From Terriglobia bacterium (lineage in GTDB: Bacteria > Acidobacteriota > Polarisedimenticolia > Polarisedimenticolales > JAIQFR01), in contig CAVVHE010000004.1 of the NCBI GenBank assembly GCA_963748015.1, positions 832,001 through 896,000 of the forward strand: a DNA stretch of 64,000 bases, written 5' to 3'. Every line of letters starts with the position of its first letter. Within the stretch, counting starts at the first letter, position 1. The notes beneath the pieces were generated by a model. That model was not told the DNA's origin. It saw nothing but the letters and a program-made list of their open reading frames with translations, and did no database searches. Of this stretch, positions 45,701 to 55,866 are shown one piece after another. The position numbers were made by a program, and so were the translations under genes.

Positions 45701-47134
45701 CTACGAGGCGACGGGGAGCTGGGGCTTGCCGCGCAGGTAGGCGTCGATGGCCTTGGCCGCGGTCTTGCCGTCGCCCATCGCGAGGATGACGGTCGCCGCG
45801 CCGCGCACGATGTCGCCTCCCGCGAAGACCCCCGGCATGTTCGTCATCCCGTTCGAGTCCACCTCGATGTAGCCCCAGCGGTTGAGCTTGAGCTCGGGGC
45901 AGGTCGAGGTCAGCAGGGGATTGGCCTTCGTGCCGATCGACACGACGACGATGTCGCAGGGGATCACGTACTCGGAGCCGGGGACGGCCACGGGCCTGCG
46001 GCGGCCGGATGCATCGGGCTCGCCCAGCTCCATGCGAACGCACTTGAGGCCTGAGACCCAGCCGCGCTCGTCGCCCAGCACCTCGACCGGCGCGACGAGG
46101 AGGTCGAAGCGGATTCCCTCCTCCTCCGCGTGGTGCGCCTCTTCCACGCGGGCCGGCATCTCGGCGCGGCTGCGGCGGTAGACGATGATGGACTCGTCGG
46201 CGCCGAGGCGCTTCGAGGTACGGACCGCGTCCATCGCGACGTTGCCTCCGCCCACGACGGCGACGCGCTTGCCCTTGAGCACCGGCGTCTCGGCGCCCGG
46301 GGCCCACGCGCCCATGAGGTTCACGCGGGTCAGGTACTCGTTGGCGGAATAGACCCCCTTGTAGTTCTCGCCGGGGACGTTCATGAACACCGGGAGGCCG
46401 GCCCCCACCGCGACGAACAGCGCGTCGAAGCGCGCGCGGAGGTCCGCTAGGGTATAGGTCTTCCCGATGATGGAGTTGAACTCGATCTTCACGCCGTGCC
46501 GCACGAGCCGGTCGACCTCCTTCTGCACGAGGTCCTTCGGCAGCCGGAACTCGGGGATGCCGTAGATGAGCACCCCACCCGGGGCGTGGAACGCCTCGAA
46601 GATCGTCACCTCGTGCCCGAGCTGTATCAGCTCGCCGGAAGCGGTGAGCCCTCCGGGACCGGACCCGACCACGGCCACCTTCTTGCCCGACGGCGCGGCC
46701 TCGTGGAAGGGAACGCCGTCCGCGCGGGAGAGCGCCCAGTCGGCGACGAACCGCTCGAGGTAGCCGATCGCGACCGGCGCCCCCTTGTTGCTGCGGATGC
46801 AAACCGCCTCGCACTGCGTCTCCTGGGGACAAACGCGGCCGGTGACGGCGGGGAGCGCGTTGTCCCGGAGGAGGATCTCCGCGGCGCCCTCGAGGTTCCC
46901 CTCGGCGAGGCACCGGATGAAGGCCGGGATGTCGACCGCGACGGGGCACCCCTCGATGCACTTCGCGGTCTTGCACATCAGGCAGCGCTGGGCCTCGATC
47001 ATCGCCAGCTGCTCGGGGTAGCCGAGGTTGACCTCGTCGAAGTTCCGCACGCGCGCGGACGGCGATTGCTCGAGCATCTTCTGACGCTCGATCGCCATGC
47101 GCTCCTTCGGGGTCAACGGTCGGGATTCGGGCAT
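45701..47134 (-). CDS. nfnB: NfnB/GltD-like NADPH-dependent oxidoreductase large subunit
   Basis: RCLMCKTAKCIEGCP; GRVCPQETQCE; GSGPGG; YGIPEFRLP; GGGNVAMD; GGDIVRG. Confidence 0.9.
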   Translation of the reverse strand: MPESRPLTPKERMAIERQKMLEQSPSARVRNFDEVNLGYPEQLAMIEAQRCLMCKTAKCIEGCPVAVDIPAFIRCLAEGNLEGAAEILLRDNALPAVTGRVCPQETQCEAVCIRSNKGAPVAIGYLERFVADWALSRADGVPFHEAAPSGKKVAVVGSGPGGLTASGELIQLGHEVTIFEAFHAPGGVLIYGIPEFRLPKDLVQKEVDRLVRHGVKIEFNSIIGKTYTLADLRARFDALFVAVGAGLPVFMNVPGENYKGVYSANEYLTRVNLMGAWAPGAETPVLKGKRVAVVGGGNVAMDAVRTSKRLGADESIIVYRRSRAEMPARVEEAHHAEEEGIRFDLLVAPVEVLGDERGWVSGLKCVRMELGEPDASGRRRPVAVPGSEYVIPCDIVVVSIGTKANPLLTSTCPELKLNRWGYIEVDSNGMTNMPGVFAGGDIVRGAATVILAMGDGKTAAKAIDAYLRGKPQLPVAS

Positions 47135-47162
47135 GATCGTGGTCTCCCGGGGAAGCAAGGTG

Positions 47163-47996
47163 TCAGAGGCCGATCTTGCAGTCGTGGTCGGCGCGAGAAA
47201 CGGCCGCCTGCTCGAAATCTCGGTAGGTCGTCAGCCGGTCCTTCAGCTCGTCGAAGTTCACCAGGTGGCCGTCGAACTCGGGGCCGTCCACGCAGGCGTA
47301 CTTGGTCTCGCCCCCGATCGTGACCCGGCAGCCGCCGCACATGCCGGTGCCGTCCACCATGATCGGATTGAGCGAGACGATCGTGCGGACCCTGAGGGGC
47401 CGGGTGATCTCCACGACGGCGCGCATCATGGGGACCGGTCCCACGGCGTAGACCGCGTCGACGTCGCCCGCGGCCAGCGCGTCCTTCAAGGCCTCCGTGA
47501 CGAACCCGTGACGTCCGTAGCTCCCGTCGTCGGTGCAGACGACGACGTCGCCCTCGCCCCGAAGCTCGCTCTCGTAGATGACCCACTCCTTCGAGCGGCC
47601 GCCGATGATGCTGGTGACCCGAACGCCACGGCGGTGCAGCTCCTGCGCGATCGGATAGACCACCGCCGTTCCGACGCCGCCGCCGACGCAGACGGCGTGG
47701 CCGGACTCGAGCAGCTCGGTGGGGTGGCCGAGAGGGCCGGCGACGTCGCGGATCTCTTCCCCCGCCGTGAGGGCGACGAGCTCGGTGGTGCTCTTGCCCA
47801 CGGCCTGGATCACGAGGGAGATCGTTCCCTTCGACGGGTCCCCGTCGGCGATCGTGAGGGGTATCCTCTCGCACCCCGCGGCTCGCCGAACGATGACGAA
47901 CTGTCCCGGGCGTCGGATCTCCGCCACGCGGGGAGCCGAGATGACGAGACGGACGACGTTGGGGGAGAGTCTGTCGTTCGACAGAACTGGATGCAT
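47163..47996 (-). CDS. nfnA: NfnA (FAD, [2Fe-2S]) small subunit of electron-bifurcating transhydrogenase
   Basis: PGQFVI; ERIPLTIAD; GGGVG; TDDGSYG; MVDGTGMCGGCRV; CVDGPEF. Confidence 0.9.
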   Translation of the reverse strand: MHPVLSNDRLSPNVVRLVISAPRVAEIRRPGQFVIVRRAAGCERIPLTIADGDPSKGTISLVIQAVGKSTTELVALTAGEEIRDVAGPLGHPTELLESGHAVCVGGGVGTAVVYPIAQELHRRGVRVTSIIGGRSKEWVIYESELRGEGDVVVCTDDGSYGRHGFVTEALKDALAAGDVDAVYAVGPVPMMRAVVEITRPLRVRTIVSLNPIMVDGTGMCGGCRVTIGGETKYACVDGPEFDGHLVNFDELKDRLTTYRDFEQAAVSRADHDCKIGL

Positions 47997-48172
47997 CGAT
48001 TCCTCCGGCCGCGGCGCCGACGCTCTCGATCGAGAAACCGGCTACCGCTCCAATACCGCTACGTCCTCGCCGACGCGTCGGCCGGGGAGGGGATCGTCAA
48101 TTCAATCCCAATTCAGTCTTTATTTTAGCGGATCGACCCTCATCGGACAATCGCCGGGCAACGAGCCAGCTG

Positions 48173-49387
48173 CTAGGCCGTGACCGCCTTGCCGGGATAG
48201 GCCTCGAGAGCCGCGCCGAAGACCGCCATGGCCCGGGCCAGTTTCGCCTCCTCGAGCACGTACGCGATCCGGACCTCGTCCCGGCCCAAGCCCGGCGTCG
48301 CGTAGAAACCGTCGGCGGGGGCGACCATCACCGTCTCGCCGTCCACGGCGAAGTCCTGGAGCATGAAGATCGCGAAACGCTCGGCGTCGTCGATGGGGAG
48401 CTTGGCGCAGAGGTAGAAGGCCCCCTCGGGCTTCCGCACGGTCACCCCGGGAGCGGCGGTCAGCGCCTCGTAGACCACGTCCCGACGGCGCTGGTAGTCG
48501 CGGATCACCCCCTCGATGTAGGACGGCGGCACGTCGCCCAGCGCGCACGCGGCGAACTGGCCGAGCGTCGGGGGGCACAAACGGGCCTGTCCGAACTTCA
48601 GGATGGCGGCCATCAGCTCGCGGTTCCTGCTCACGACGTTCCCGACCCGGATGCCGCACAGCGAGACGCGCTTCGACAGGCTGTCCACCATCACGACGCG
48701 GTCCTCGATCCCCTCGAGCGTGAGGCTCGATCGCTGGCGCCTGCCGTCGTAGGCGAACTCGCGGTACACCTCGTCGCAGACCAGGAAGAGGCCACGCTCG
48801 CGGCAGACGGCCCCGAGAAGCTCCATCTCCTCGTCGGTGTAGACGGTGCCGGTCGGGTTGTTCGGGGTGCAGATCAGGATCGCTCGAGTCCGCGGGCCGA
48901 TCTTCGACTCGATCGCCTCTCGCGGCGGGAGGTGATAGCCGTCCTCGGCGCGGGTCGTCACCGGGACGAGCTTCACGCCGATCAGCGACGCGAAGCCGCT
49001 GTAGTTCGTGTAGAAGGGCTCGAAGACGACGACCTCGTCGCCGTTGTCCGCCAGGGCGCCGAGGACGAACAGGATCGCCTCGCTCCCCCCGGTCGTGACG
49101 AAGATCTCCTCCGCGGCGACGGTCAGTCCCACGCGGGCGTAGTAGCCGCGAAGGGTCTCGACGAACTCCGGCAGGCCCTGCGACGGACCGTAGGGCACGT
49201 TGCGGTCGTCGTAGGAGCGCAGGCGGTCGAGGATCGCCTTCGGGGTCGGGATGTCGGGCTGGCCGATGTTCAGCGAGTAGACTTTCTTCCCGGCCCTGCG
49301 CGCCTCCGCGGCGAACGGGGCGAGGCGCCGGATCGGAGAGGCGGGCATGCCGAGGGCTCGTTGCGACAGGCGCGGCGGGTGGGGCAT
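48173..49387 (-). CDS. PLP-dependent aminotransferase class I/II
   Basis: NIGQPD; GGSEA; PNNPTG; DEVY; SLSKR; RVG. Confidence 0.93.
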   Translation of the reverse strand: MPHPPRLSQRALGMPASPIRRLAPFAAEARRAGKKVYSLNIGQPDIPTPKAILDRLRSYDDRNVPYGPSQGLPEFVETLRGYYARVGLTVAAEEIFVTTGGSEAILFVLGALADNGDEVVVFEPFYTNYSGFASLIGVKLVPVTTRAEDGYHLPPREAIESKIGPRTRAILICTPNNPTGTVYTDEEMELLGAVCRERGLFLVCDEVYREFAYDGRRQRSSLTLEGIEDRVVMVDSLSKRVSLCGIRVGNVVSRNRELMAAILKFGQARLCPPTLGQFAACALGDVPPSYIEGVIRDYQRRRDVVYEALTAAPGVTVRKPEGAFYLCAKLPIDDAERFAIFMLQDFAVDGETVMVAPADGFYATPGLGRDEVRIAYVLEEAKLARAMAVFGAALEAYPGKAVTA

Positions 49388-49538
49388 CGTCCGGTCTCCT
49401 CCCTCGCGATCCTTGGCGTTCCGCCGACCGAGGCGGACGGACAGTCTAGCGGATCGGCGGGCTCTTCGACACCCCGGGAGATTGCCCGCGGGAGCCCGCG
49501 CGGTTAGACTCTCCCGGCCGTTCACGAGAGGAGCTGCC

Positions 49539-50897
49539 GTGTTCCGGAGGATTCTGGTCGCCAATCGCGGAGAGATCGCGCTGCGGGTGATCCGCGCCGC
49601 GAAGGGGCTCGGAATCGAGGCGGTCGCCGTCTTCTCGGAGGCGGACCGGGGCGCGCCGTGGCTCGCCGAGGCCGACGACGCGGTCTGCGTCGGACCGGCC
49701 CGTGCCGATCGCTCCTACCTCGACGCGGGCGCGATTCTCCAGGCGGCGGAGCAGACCGGCTGCCAGGCGATCCATCCGGGTTACGGCTTCCTCGCCGAGA
49801 ACGCGGTGTTCGCCGCGCGGGCCGAGCAGCAGGGGATCACCTTCATCGGCCCGGGCCCGTCCGCCATGCGCCGGATGGGGGACAAGGTCGAAGCCAAGCG
49901 GACGCTCGGCGCCGCGGGGGTCCCGACGATCCCCGGGAGCGCCGATGTGCTTCCCGGTATCGCGGCGGCGAGAGGCGAGGCGGCGCGGATCGGATACCCC
50001 GTCCTGCTCAAGGCGGCGGCCGGCGGCGGAGGGCGGGGGATGCGCCGCTGCTCGGACGAGCGGGAGCTCGAACGGGGGTTCGGCGAGGCTTCGCTCGAGG
50101 CGGAGAAGGCATTCGGCAACGGGGGGCTCTACCTCGAGAAGTACCTCGAGGGAGGGCGTCACATCGAGTTCCAGGTCCTGTGCGACGCCTTCGGAAACGG
50201 CGTTCACCTCGGCGAGCGCGAGTGCTCGGTCCAGCGCCACCACCAGAAGCTGATCGAGGAGTCGCCGTCCCCCGTCCTGGACGCGGAGACCCGCGCCTCG
50301 CTCGGTACGCGGGTCGCGCGGGCGGTGGCGTCGCTCGGGTACCGGAACGCGGGCACCGTCGAGTTCCTCCGTTCCGGCGACGGCTCGCTGTACTTCATGG
50401 AGATGAACGCGCGCCTTCAGGTCGAGCACCCGGTCACCGAGATGAACACCGGGGTGGATATCGTCGCGGAGCAGATCCGCGTGGCGGCGCTCCACCCGCT
50501 CCGCCTGCGGCAGGAGGACGTCGTCTTCGCGGGCCACGCCATCGAGTTCCGGATCAACGCCGAGGACCCCGCGAACGGCTTCCGCCCCGATCCCGGGACG
50601 ATCGACTCGTTCGAGCCTCCCGCGCTCTCGGGGCCGGGCCTCAGGGTCCGTTGGGATTCGGCCGTGTGCGCGGGATACAGGATCCCGCCGAACTACGACT
50701 CGATCGTCGGCAAGCTGATCGTCCACGCCCCGGACCGGCGGCGCGCGATCGAGGCCGGGAAAACCGCGCTCGCGAGCCTCCGGATCGGCGGGGTGCGGAC
50801 CACGATCCCGCTGCACCTCGCGATCCTCGAGCACCCGGAGTTCGTGCGTGGGGAGTACGACGTGCAGTTCCTCGAGCGCAGCGGGCTCGTGAGCTGA
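49539..50897 (+). CDS. accC: biotin carboxylase
   Basis: [51 protein letters not shown]. Confidence 0.95.
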   Translation: MFRRILVANRGEIALRVIRAAKGLGIEAVAVFSEADRGAPWLAEADDAVCVGPARADRSYLDAGAILQAAEQTGCQAIHPGYGFLAENAVFAARAEQQGITFIGPGPSAMRRMGDKVEAKRTLGAAGVPTIPGSADVLPGIAAARGEAARIGYPVLLKAAAGGGGRGMRRCSDERELERGFGEASLEAEKAFGNGGLYLEKYLEGGRHIEFQVLCDAFGNGVHLGERECSVQRHHQKLIEESPSPVLDAETRASLGTRVARAVASLGYRNAGTVEFLRSGDGSLYFMEMNARLQVEHPVTEMNTGVDIVAEQIRVAALHPLRLRQEDVVFAGHAIEFRINAEDPANGFRPDPGTIDSFEPPALSGPGLRVRWDSAVCAGYRIPPNYDSIVGKLIVHAPDRRRAIEAGKTALASLRIGGVRTTIPLHLAILEHPEFVRGEYDVQFLERSGLVS

Positions 50898-50910
50898 GGA
50901 GAGCGCGAAC

Positions 50911-52635
50911 GTGGCCAAGGTGATCCTCGAGCCGATCGGCGACCCCCGGGAGCGCTTCCTTCGAGACGACGCCTGGCAATCGCAGCGCGACGCCGCCGAG
51001 GCGCAGGGGAGCGCGCTGCAGGCGAAGCGGGACGAGGTCCGGGCGGGCTGGGGGCCGAAGTACGAGGCCAGGGTCCGCGAGAAGGGGAAGCTGCCGACCT
51101 GGGATCGCGTGGAGCGGCTCAAGGACGCCGACAGTCCGGTCCTCCCGATCGGCACCCTCGTGAACTGGGGGCGGAAGTTCGGGGAGGAAGGGAGGACCTC
51201 GCCGGGCGCAGGGGTGGTGACGGCCTTTGTACGGGTCCACGGGCGGTGGGTGGTGGCCATCGCCAACGACAACACGGTGGCCTCGGGGTCGTGGTGGCCG
51301 CAGACCCCCGAGAAGATCCAGCGCGCGCAGGAGATGGCGCTGCGCCTGCGCCTCCCCGTGGTCTACCTGGTGGACTCGTCGGGGCTGTTCCTGCCGGAGC
51401 AGTCGAGGACCTTCCCGGGGCGCACGGGGGCAGGGGCCATCTTCCGGATGAACTCGCTGCTCTCCGCCGCCGGGGTGCCGCAGATCGCGGGGGTTCACGG
51501 AGACTGCATCGCGGGCGGCGGGTACATGCCGATCATCAGCGACGTGGTCTACATGACCGAGCAGGCGTACATGGTGATCGCGGGCGCCGCGCTGGTGAAG
51601 GGGGGGAAGTCCCAGCAGATCACCTCGCTCTCGATCGGCGGTCCGGACGTGCACGTCCACCTCAGCCGCTGCGCCGACCACCGCGTGCCCGACGACGAGG
51701 TGCTCCTCGACCGGATCCGCGGCGAGGTGGCCAAGCTCCCGGGTCCCGCGTGGGACTACTACCGGTACGGCGCCGACCCTGCGCCGCCCGCGTTTCCGGC
51801 GTCGGAGCTCGAGGGGCTGTTTCCCTCGGACCATCGCATGGGCTACGACATGCGGCAGGTCCTCGCGAGGATCCTCGACCACTCGCTGTTCTGGGAGGTG
51901 CTCCCGGGAGTCGGCCCGGAGATGATCTGCGGGGTGGGGAGGGTCGACGGCCTGTACGCCGGGTTCATCGCGAACAACCCGCTGCTCACCGACCACCCCG
52001 TCCACAGGGACGTGAAGCGTCCCGGCGGCATCCTCTACCGCGAGGGGATCGCCAAGGTGTCGCAGTTCTCCCGCGCCCTCAACGACGACGGCATCCCGAT
52101 CGTGTGGCTCCAGGACATCTCCGGCTTCGACATCGGGCCGGAGGCGGAGCGGCAGGGGCTGCTCGGCTACGGCTCGAGCCTGATCTACACGAACTCGGCC
52201 AACACGGTGCCGATGTTCACGGTGCTGCTCCGGAAGGCCTCCGGCGCGGGGTATTACGCGCTGTCGGGGCTCCCGTACCGGCCGGTCCTGCAGCTCGCGA
52301 CGCCGATGACCCGTCTCGCGGTGATGGAGGGCAAGACCCTCGCCATCGGCGCCTACAACGCCAAGCTCGACGATCACTTCAACATCGTCGCGAAGACGCC
52401 CGAGGAGGCCGAGGAAATTCGTCGCGGTATGGAGGCGGTGGAGGCGCGCATCAACCGGGACATGGACCCCGTCCTGGCCGCTTCGGGGATGGACGTGGAC
52501 GAGATCGTGAGACCTCGGGAGCTTCGCCTGTGGATCGAGGCCGCCGTCGCGATGGCCTACCAGTCCACGGGCTACCGCCGGATCAAGAACCCGCGGATCT
52601 GGTCACTGCACGATCTTTCGGTGCTGGCGGGGTGA
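50911..52635 (+). CDS. acyl-CoA carboxylase carboxyltransferase (beta) subunit, MCC/PCC-like
   Basis: [40 protein letters not shown]. Confidence 0.9.
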   Translation: MAKVILEPIGDPRERFLRDDAWQSQRDAAEAQGSALQAKRDEVRAGWGPKYEARVREKGKLPTWDRVERLKDADSPVLPIGTLVNWGRKFGEEGRTSPGAGVVTAFVRVHGRWVVAIANDNTVASGSWWPQTPEKIQRAQEMALRLRLPVVYLVDSSGLFLPEQSRTFPGRTGAGAIFRMNSLLSAAGVPQIAGVHGDCIAGGGYMPIISDVVYMTEQAYMVIAGAALVKGGKSQQITSLSIGGPDVHVHLSRCADHRVPDDEVLLDRIRGEVAKLPGPAWDYYRYGADPAPPAFPASELEGLFPSDHRMGYDMRQVLARILDHSLFWEVLPGVGPEMICGVGRVDGLYAGFIANNPLLTDHPVHRDVKRPGGILYREGIAKVSQFSRALNDDGIPIVWLQDISGFDIGPEAERQGLLGYGSSLIYTNSANTVPMFTVLLRKASGAGYYALSGLPYRPVLQLATPMTRLAVMEGKTLAIGAYNAKLDDHFNIVAKTPEEAEEIRRGMEAVEARINRDMDPVLAASGMDVDEIVRPRELRLWIEAAVAMAYQSTGYRRIKNPRIWSLHDLSVLAG

Positions 52636-52639
52636 CGGG

Positions 52640-53236
52640 ATGAACGAGCCGATCCTCATGGCCAGGGTGGACAGCCCCTCCAGCGGGCGGATCCTCGTGC
52701 TCGCTCCTCTCGTCGGGACGTGGTCCGAGCACCCGCACACCGGGGCGCTCGTCGGGCCCGGGAGCCGGATCGGGTTCCTGTCGCACCTCACGAGACGCTT
52801 CGCGCTCGTCCTGCCCGACGGAGCCGCCGGGAGGATCGCCGTCGGCCTGCCGCGCGACCGGGCGGTGGCGGTCGAGTACGGCCAGGTCCTCTTCGAGCTC
52901 TCGGCGGTCGAGGCGGTCGAGGGGAACGCGCTGTCCGCGGACGCGGGGACGCTCGGGCGGCCCCCGGGAGCCGGGCTGCCGGAAGGAGCGTGGGCCGTGG
53001 TCTCGCCCACCGACGGCGTTTTCTACCGCCGGCCGTCGCCCGCGTCGCCGCCTTTCGTGGAGGAGGGGGCGCGGATCCGGGCCGGGGATCCTATCGGGCT
53101 CGTCGAGGTCATGAAGACCTTCAACCAGATCGCCTATGGCGGCCCCGGGCTCCCGGAAGAAGCGCAGGTCGTAGAGATCCGCCGGAACGACGCCGAGGAG
53201 GTCCGCGCGGGCGACATCCTGCTCGTGGTCCGCTGA
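52640..53236 (+). CDS. biotin carboxyl carrier protein with tandem biotinyl-like domains
   Basis: SPTDGVFYRRPSP; VEVMKTFN biotinylation motif; upstream degenerate copy ending VEYGQVLF. Confidence 0.85.
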   Translation: MNEPILMARVDSPSSGRILVLAPLVGTWSEHPHTGALVGPGSRIGFLSHLTRRFALVLPDGAAGRIAVGLPRDRAVAVEYGQVLFELSAVEAVEGNALSADAGTLGRPPGAGLPEGAWAVVSPTDGVFYRRPSPASPPFVEEGARIRAGDPIGLVEVMKTFNQIAYGGPGLPEEAQVVEIRRNDAEEVRAGDILLVVR

Positions 53237-54414
53237 TGGCCGACCGGAAGCGTTACCACGACGATCCGGGACTGAGCCGCCTCGACACCACCGCGATCGA
53301 GACCGGCGGGGAAGGCGACAGGACCTGGGTCCGTCTCGAGGAGACGATCTTCTATCCCGAGGGCGGGGGGCAGCCCGCCGATCGCGGGGCGATCAACGGC
53401 GTCCGCGTCCTCGACGTCCAGTCGCGCGGCGAGCGGATCCTGCACTTCGTCGAGCATCCCGTCCCCGAGGGCCCGGCCCGCCTCGAAATCGACGCCGCTC
53501 TCCGATTCGATCGGATGCAGCAGCACACCGCCCAGCATCTCCTGACCGCCATTCTCCTCGATCGCTACGCTCTCCCGACCACCGCCTTCCACCTCGGTGA
53601 GCGCTACACGGCGATCGAGGTCGCGGGGCCGGTGCCCGCGCCGGAACGGCTGCGCGCGATCGAAGACGAGGCGAACGGAGAGATCCGGCTCGACCGTAGG
53701 GTCGCCGGTCGCTGGGTGGCCCCGGAGGAGCTGGGCGCGCTCCCCGTTCGCAGCCGGGGTCTTCCGGACGGTTTCGCGGGAAGCCTCCGCCTTGTCGAGA
53801 TCGAGGGACTCGATCTCAACACGTGCGGCGGCACGCACGTCGCCCGCCTGGGCGAGATCCAGATGCTACGGATCGTGGACGCCGCCGCGGCGCGCGGCGG
53901 CACGAGGATTTCGTTCCTGGCCGGCGGGCGCGTGCTTCGAGAGCTCCGGGAGAGTGCCGCCGTCGAGGCCGCGCTGAAGTCGAGGATCGGGACCTCGCGT
54001 GAGGAGTTCGCCGGTGTTCTCGACGCCTGGGACGGCGAGCGAAAGCGCATCGACCGCCGGGTGAAGGACCTGGAGCGCGACCTCTCCGCGCGGATCGCCG
54101 CCGAGATGGCGTCCGAGCCCGGCCCGCGGCTCGCGCGGTTCGTCGGCGACGCGGGCCCCGAGTTTCTGCGCGCCCTCGCCGGCGCCGTGGTCGCCCTGCG
54201 TCCCGAGGCGACCGTCGCCCTCGTGGGCGCGGCGCCGGACGGCCGGGAAGCGATCTTCCTCGTCCAGTCCGGACCCGGGGGCGCCGAGGACGTGTCGCCC
54301 ACCGGACGGAAGCTCGCGGAGCTTCTCGGCGCGAGGGGCGGCGGCAAGGGCCGCGCGTTCCAGGGGCGCGGCGGCCGCTGGGGCGGCGACCCTTCGCTTC
54401 TCGGCTCGCTCTAG
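53236..54414 (+). CDS. alanyl-tRNA editing protein (AlaX-L type, DHHA1-like tail)
   Basis: FYPEGGGQPAD; MQQHTAQH; CGGTH; GGGK C-terminus; TGATG coupling to BCCP. Confidence 0.88.
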   Translation: MADRKRYHDDPGLSRLDTTAIETGGEGDRTWVRLEETIFYPEGGGQPADRGAINGVRVLDVQSRGERILHFVEHPVPEGPARLEIDAALRFDRMQQHTAQHLLTAILLDRYALPTTAFHLGERYTAIEVAGPVPAPERLRAIEDEANGEIRLDRRVAGRWVAPEELGALPVRSRGLPDGFAGSLRLVEIEGLDLNTCGGTHVARLGEIQMLRIVDAAAARGGTRISFLAGGRVLRELRESAAVEAALKSRIGTSREEFAGVLDAWDGERKRIDRRVKDLERDLSARIAAEMASEPGPRLARFVGDAGPEFLRALAGAVVALRPEATVALVGAAPDGREAIFLVQSGPGGAEDVSPTGRKLAELLGARGGGKGRAFQGRGGRWGGDPSLLGSL

Positions 54415-54422
54415 TCAGCACG

Positions 54423-54660
54423 GCAGACGCTCGACATTGAAGGCGCCCCGCGCGGCACGCTGCGGCGCTGCGCGGCGCAAGTCGCCGCGCCGCCAAGTTG
54501 CCAGCCCTTGGCCCGGGGCCAAGGACTGGCGACCTCGGCTGGAGGGAAGCTGAGTATTCGACTTACAGCCTCGGTTCCGGTTTTCGCGCGGCCTTCAAGG
54601 GAAGAACCGGCCGCGCGAAAACAGGGCCGCTTCGGGGCGCCTTCAATGTCGAGCGTCTGC
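54423..54660. mobile_element. 238-bp MITE-like non-coding element with perfect 28-bp terminal inverted repeats
   Basis: GCAGACGCTCGACATTGAAGGCGCCCCG (54423-54450) and its reverse complement (54633-54660); internal hairpins; no transposase and no clear target duplication. Confidence 0.7.
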
Positions 54661-54695
54661 ATCGTGGTGGTGGGCCACCGCGGTCGCGGGCGCGC

Positions 54696-55865
54696 TCACG
54701 GCGCAGGCGGACCGACGATGCGGCGGTAGATCTCCGGGTCGGTGGCGCCCTCGGTACCGAAGACGAGGACGGTGCTTCCGCCCGATAGGCCGAGGGCGCT
54801 GAAGATCTCCGGATGGCGCGCCGCCTCGAGGAGGGCGGCGATGCCCGCCGCGCCGGATTCGCCGGCGACGATGGGAGGATCGCCGCCTTCGCCGGCGGCG
54901 AGAGCTCTCATGGCCTCGAGGGCCGCGGCGTCGGGGATCGTGACGAAGTCGGCGCCGCGCGACGCGAGGATCTCCCAGGCGAGGACGGACGGCTCCCCGC
55001 ACGCGAGGCCGCCCATCACGGTGCGGAGGTCGCCGCTCGCGCGGGTGGGCCGGCCGGCGAGGGCGGAGCGGTAGAGGCAGTCGGCGGCGTCGGGCTCGAC
55101 GACGACGACGCGGGAGCGCGCGGGCTCCTCGCTCCCGGCGAGGTCCTCCGCGACCGCCGCGGCGAGGGCGCCGACACCTCCCTGGACGAAGGCGTGCGTG
55201 AAAGGGACGCCCGGCGGCGACTGCTCCCGCGCCTCGGCGAGCATGACGCGATAGCCCTGCATGACGTCCCGGGGGATATCGCGGTACCCCTCGTAGGTCG
55301 TGTCGGAGACGACCACGAATCCACTCGACTCGGCCTCCGCCGCGCAGCGGCGTACCGCTGCGTCGTAGTCGCCCTCGACCACGACGACCCTCGCGCCGAG
55401 GCGGGAGATCGCCTCGCGTCTGGGGGCGCTCACCGAGGCCGGCACGAAGATCACGGCGCGGCACCCGAAAAGGCCGGCGCCCCACGCCACCGAGCGTCCG
55501 TGGTTCCCGTCGGTCGCGGTCGTGACCGTGAGATCGGAAACGGCCTCGCGGTAAGCTCCGGCCAGGAGGTCCTGACGGCGCACGGCGCCTGGATCCGCGA
55601 ACCTCTTCGCGCGACGCTCGACGACCCGGAACACCGCGTACGCCCCTCCGAGAGCCTTGAAGCTCCCCATGCCGAATCGGCAGGCCTCGTCCTTGTAGTG
55701 CAGCCCCGAGAGGCCGAGCCGCCGCGCGAGCGCGGGCAATTCACGGAGCGGCGTGGGTTCGTATCCCGGCCAGGACGTGATCTCCCGACGGGCGGCGAGC
55801 GCCCCGTCGGCGTCGAGAGCGGCGCGCGGGGGGTTCAGCGCCGGATGGATGCGGACGTGACGCAT
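54696..55865 (-). CDS. dpaL: diaminopropionate ammonia-lyase
   Basis: YEPTPL; KDEACRFGMGSFKALGG; ATDGNHG; SDT; QGGVG; GESG; TEGATD. Confidence 0.9.
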   Translation of the reverse strand: MRHVRIHPALNPPRAALDADGALAARREITSWPGYEPTPLRELPALARRLGLSGLHYKDEACRFGMGSFKALGGAYAVFRVVERRAKRFADPGAVRRQDLLAGAYREAVSDLTVTTATDGNHGRSVAWGAGLFGCRAVIFVPASVSAPRREAISRLGARVVVVEGDYDAAVRRCAAEAESSGFVVVSDTTYEGYRDIPRDVMQGYRVMLAEAREQSPPGVPFTHAFVQGGVGALAAAVAEDLAGSEEPARSRVVVVEPDAADCLYRSALAGRPTRASGDLRTVMGGLACGEPSVLAWEILASRGADFVTIPDAAALEAMRALAAGEGGDPPIVAGESGAAGIAALLEAARHPEIFSALGLSGGSTVLVFGTEGATDPEIYRRIVGPPAP

Positions 55866-55866
55866 C

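Noticed and set aside
54411..54788. Short ORFs overlapping the TIR element
   Set aside because: No start signals or recognisable motifs; the repeated peptide is a by-product of the inverted repeat.
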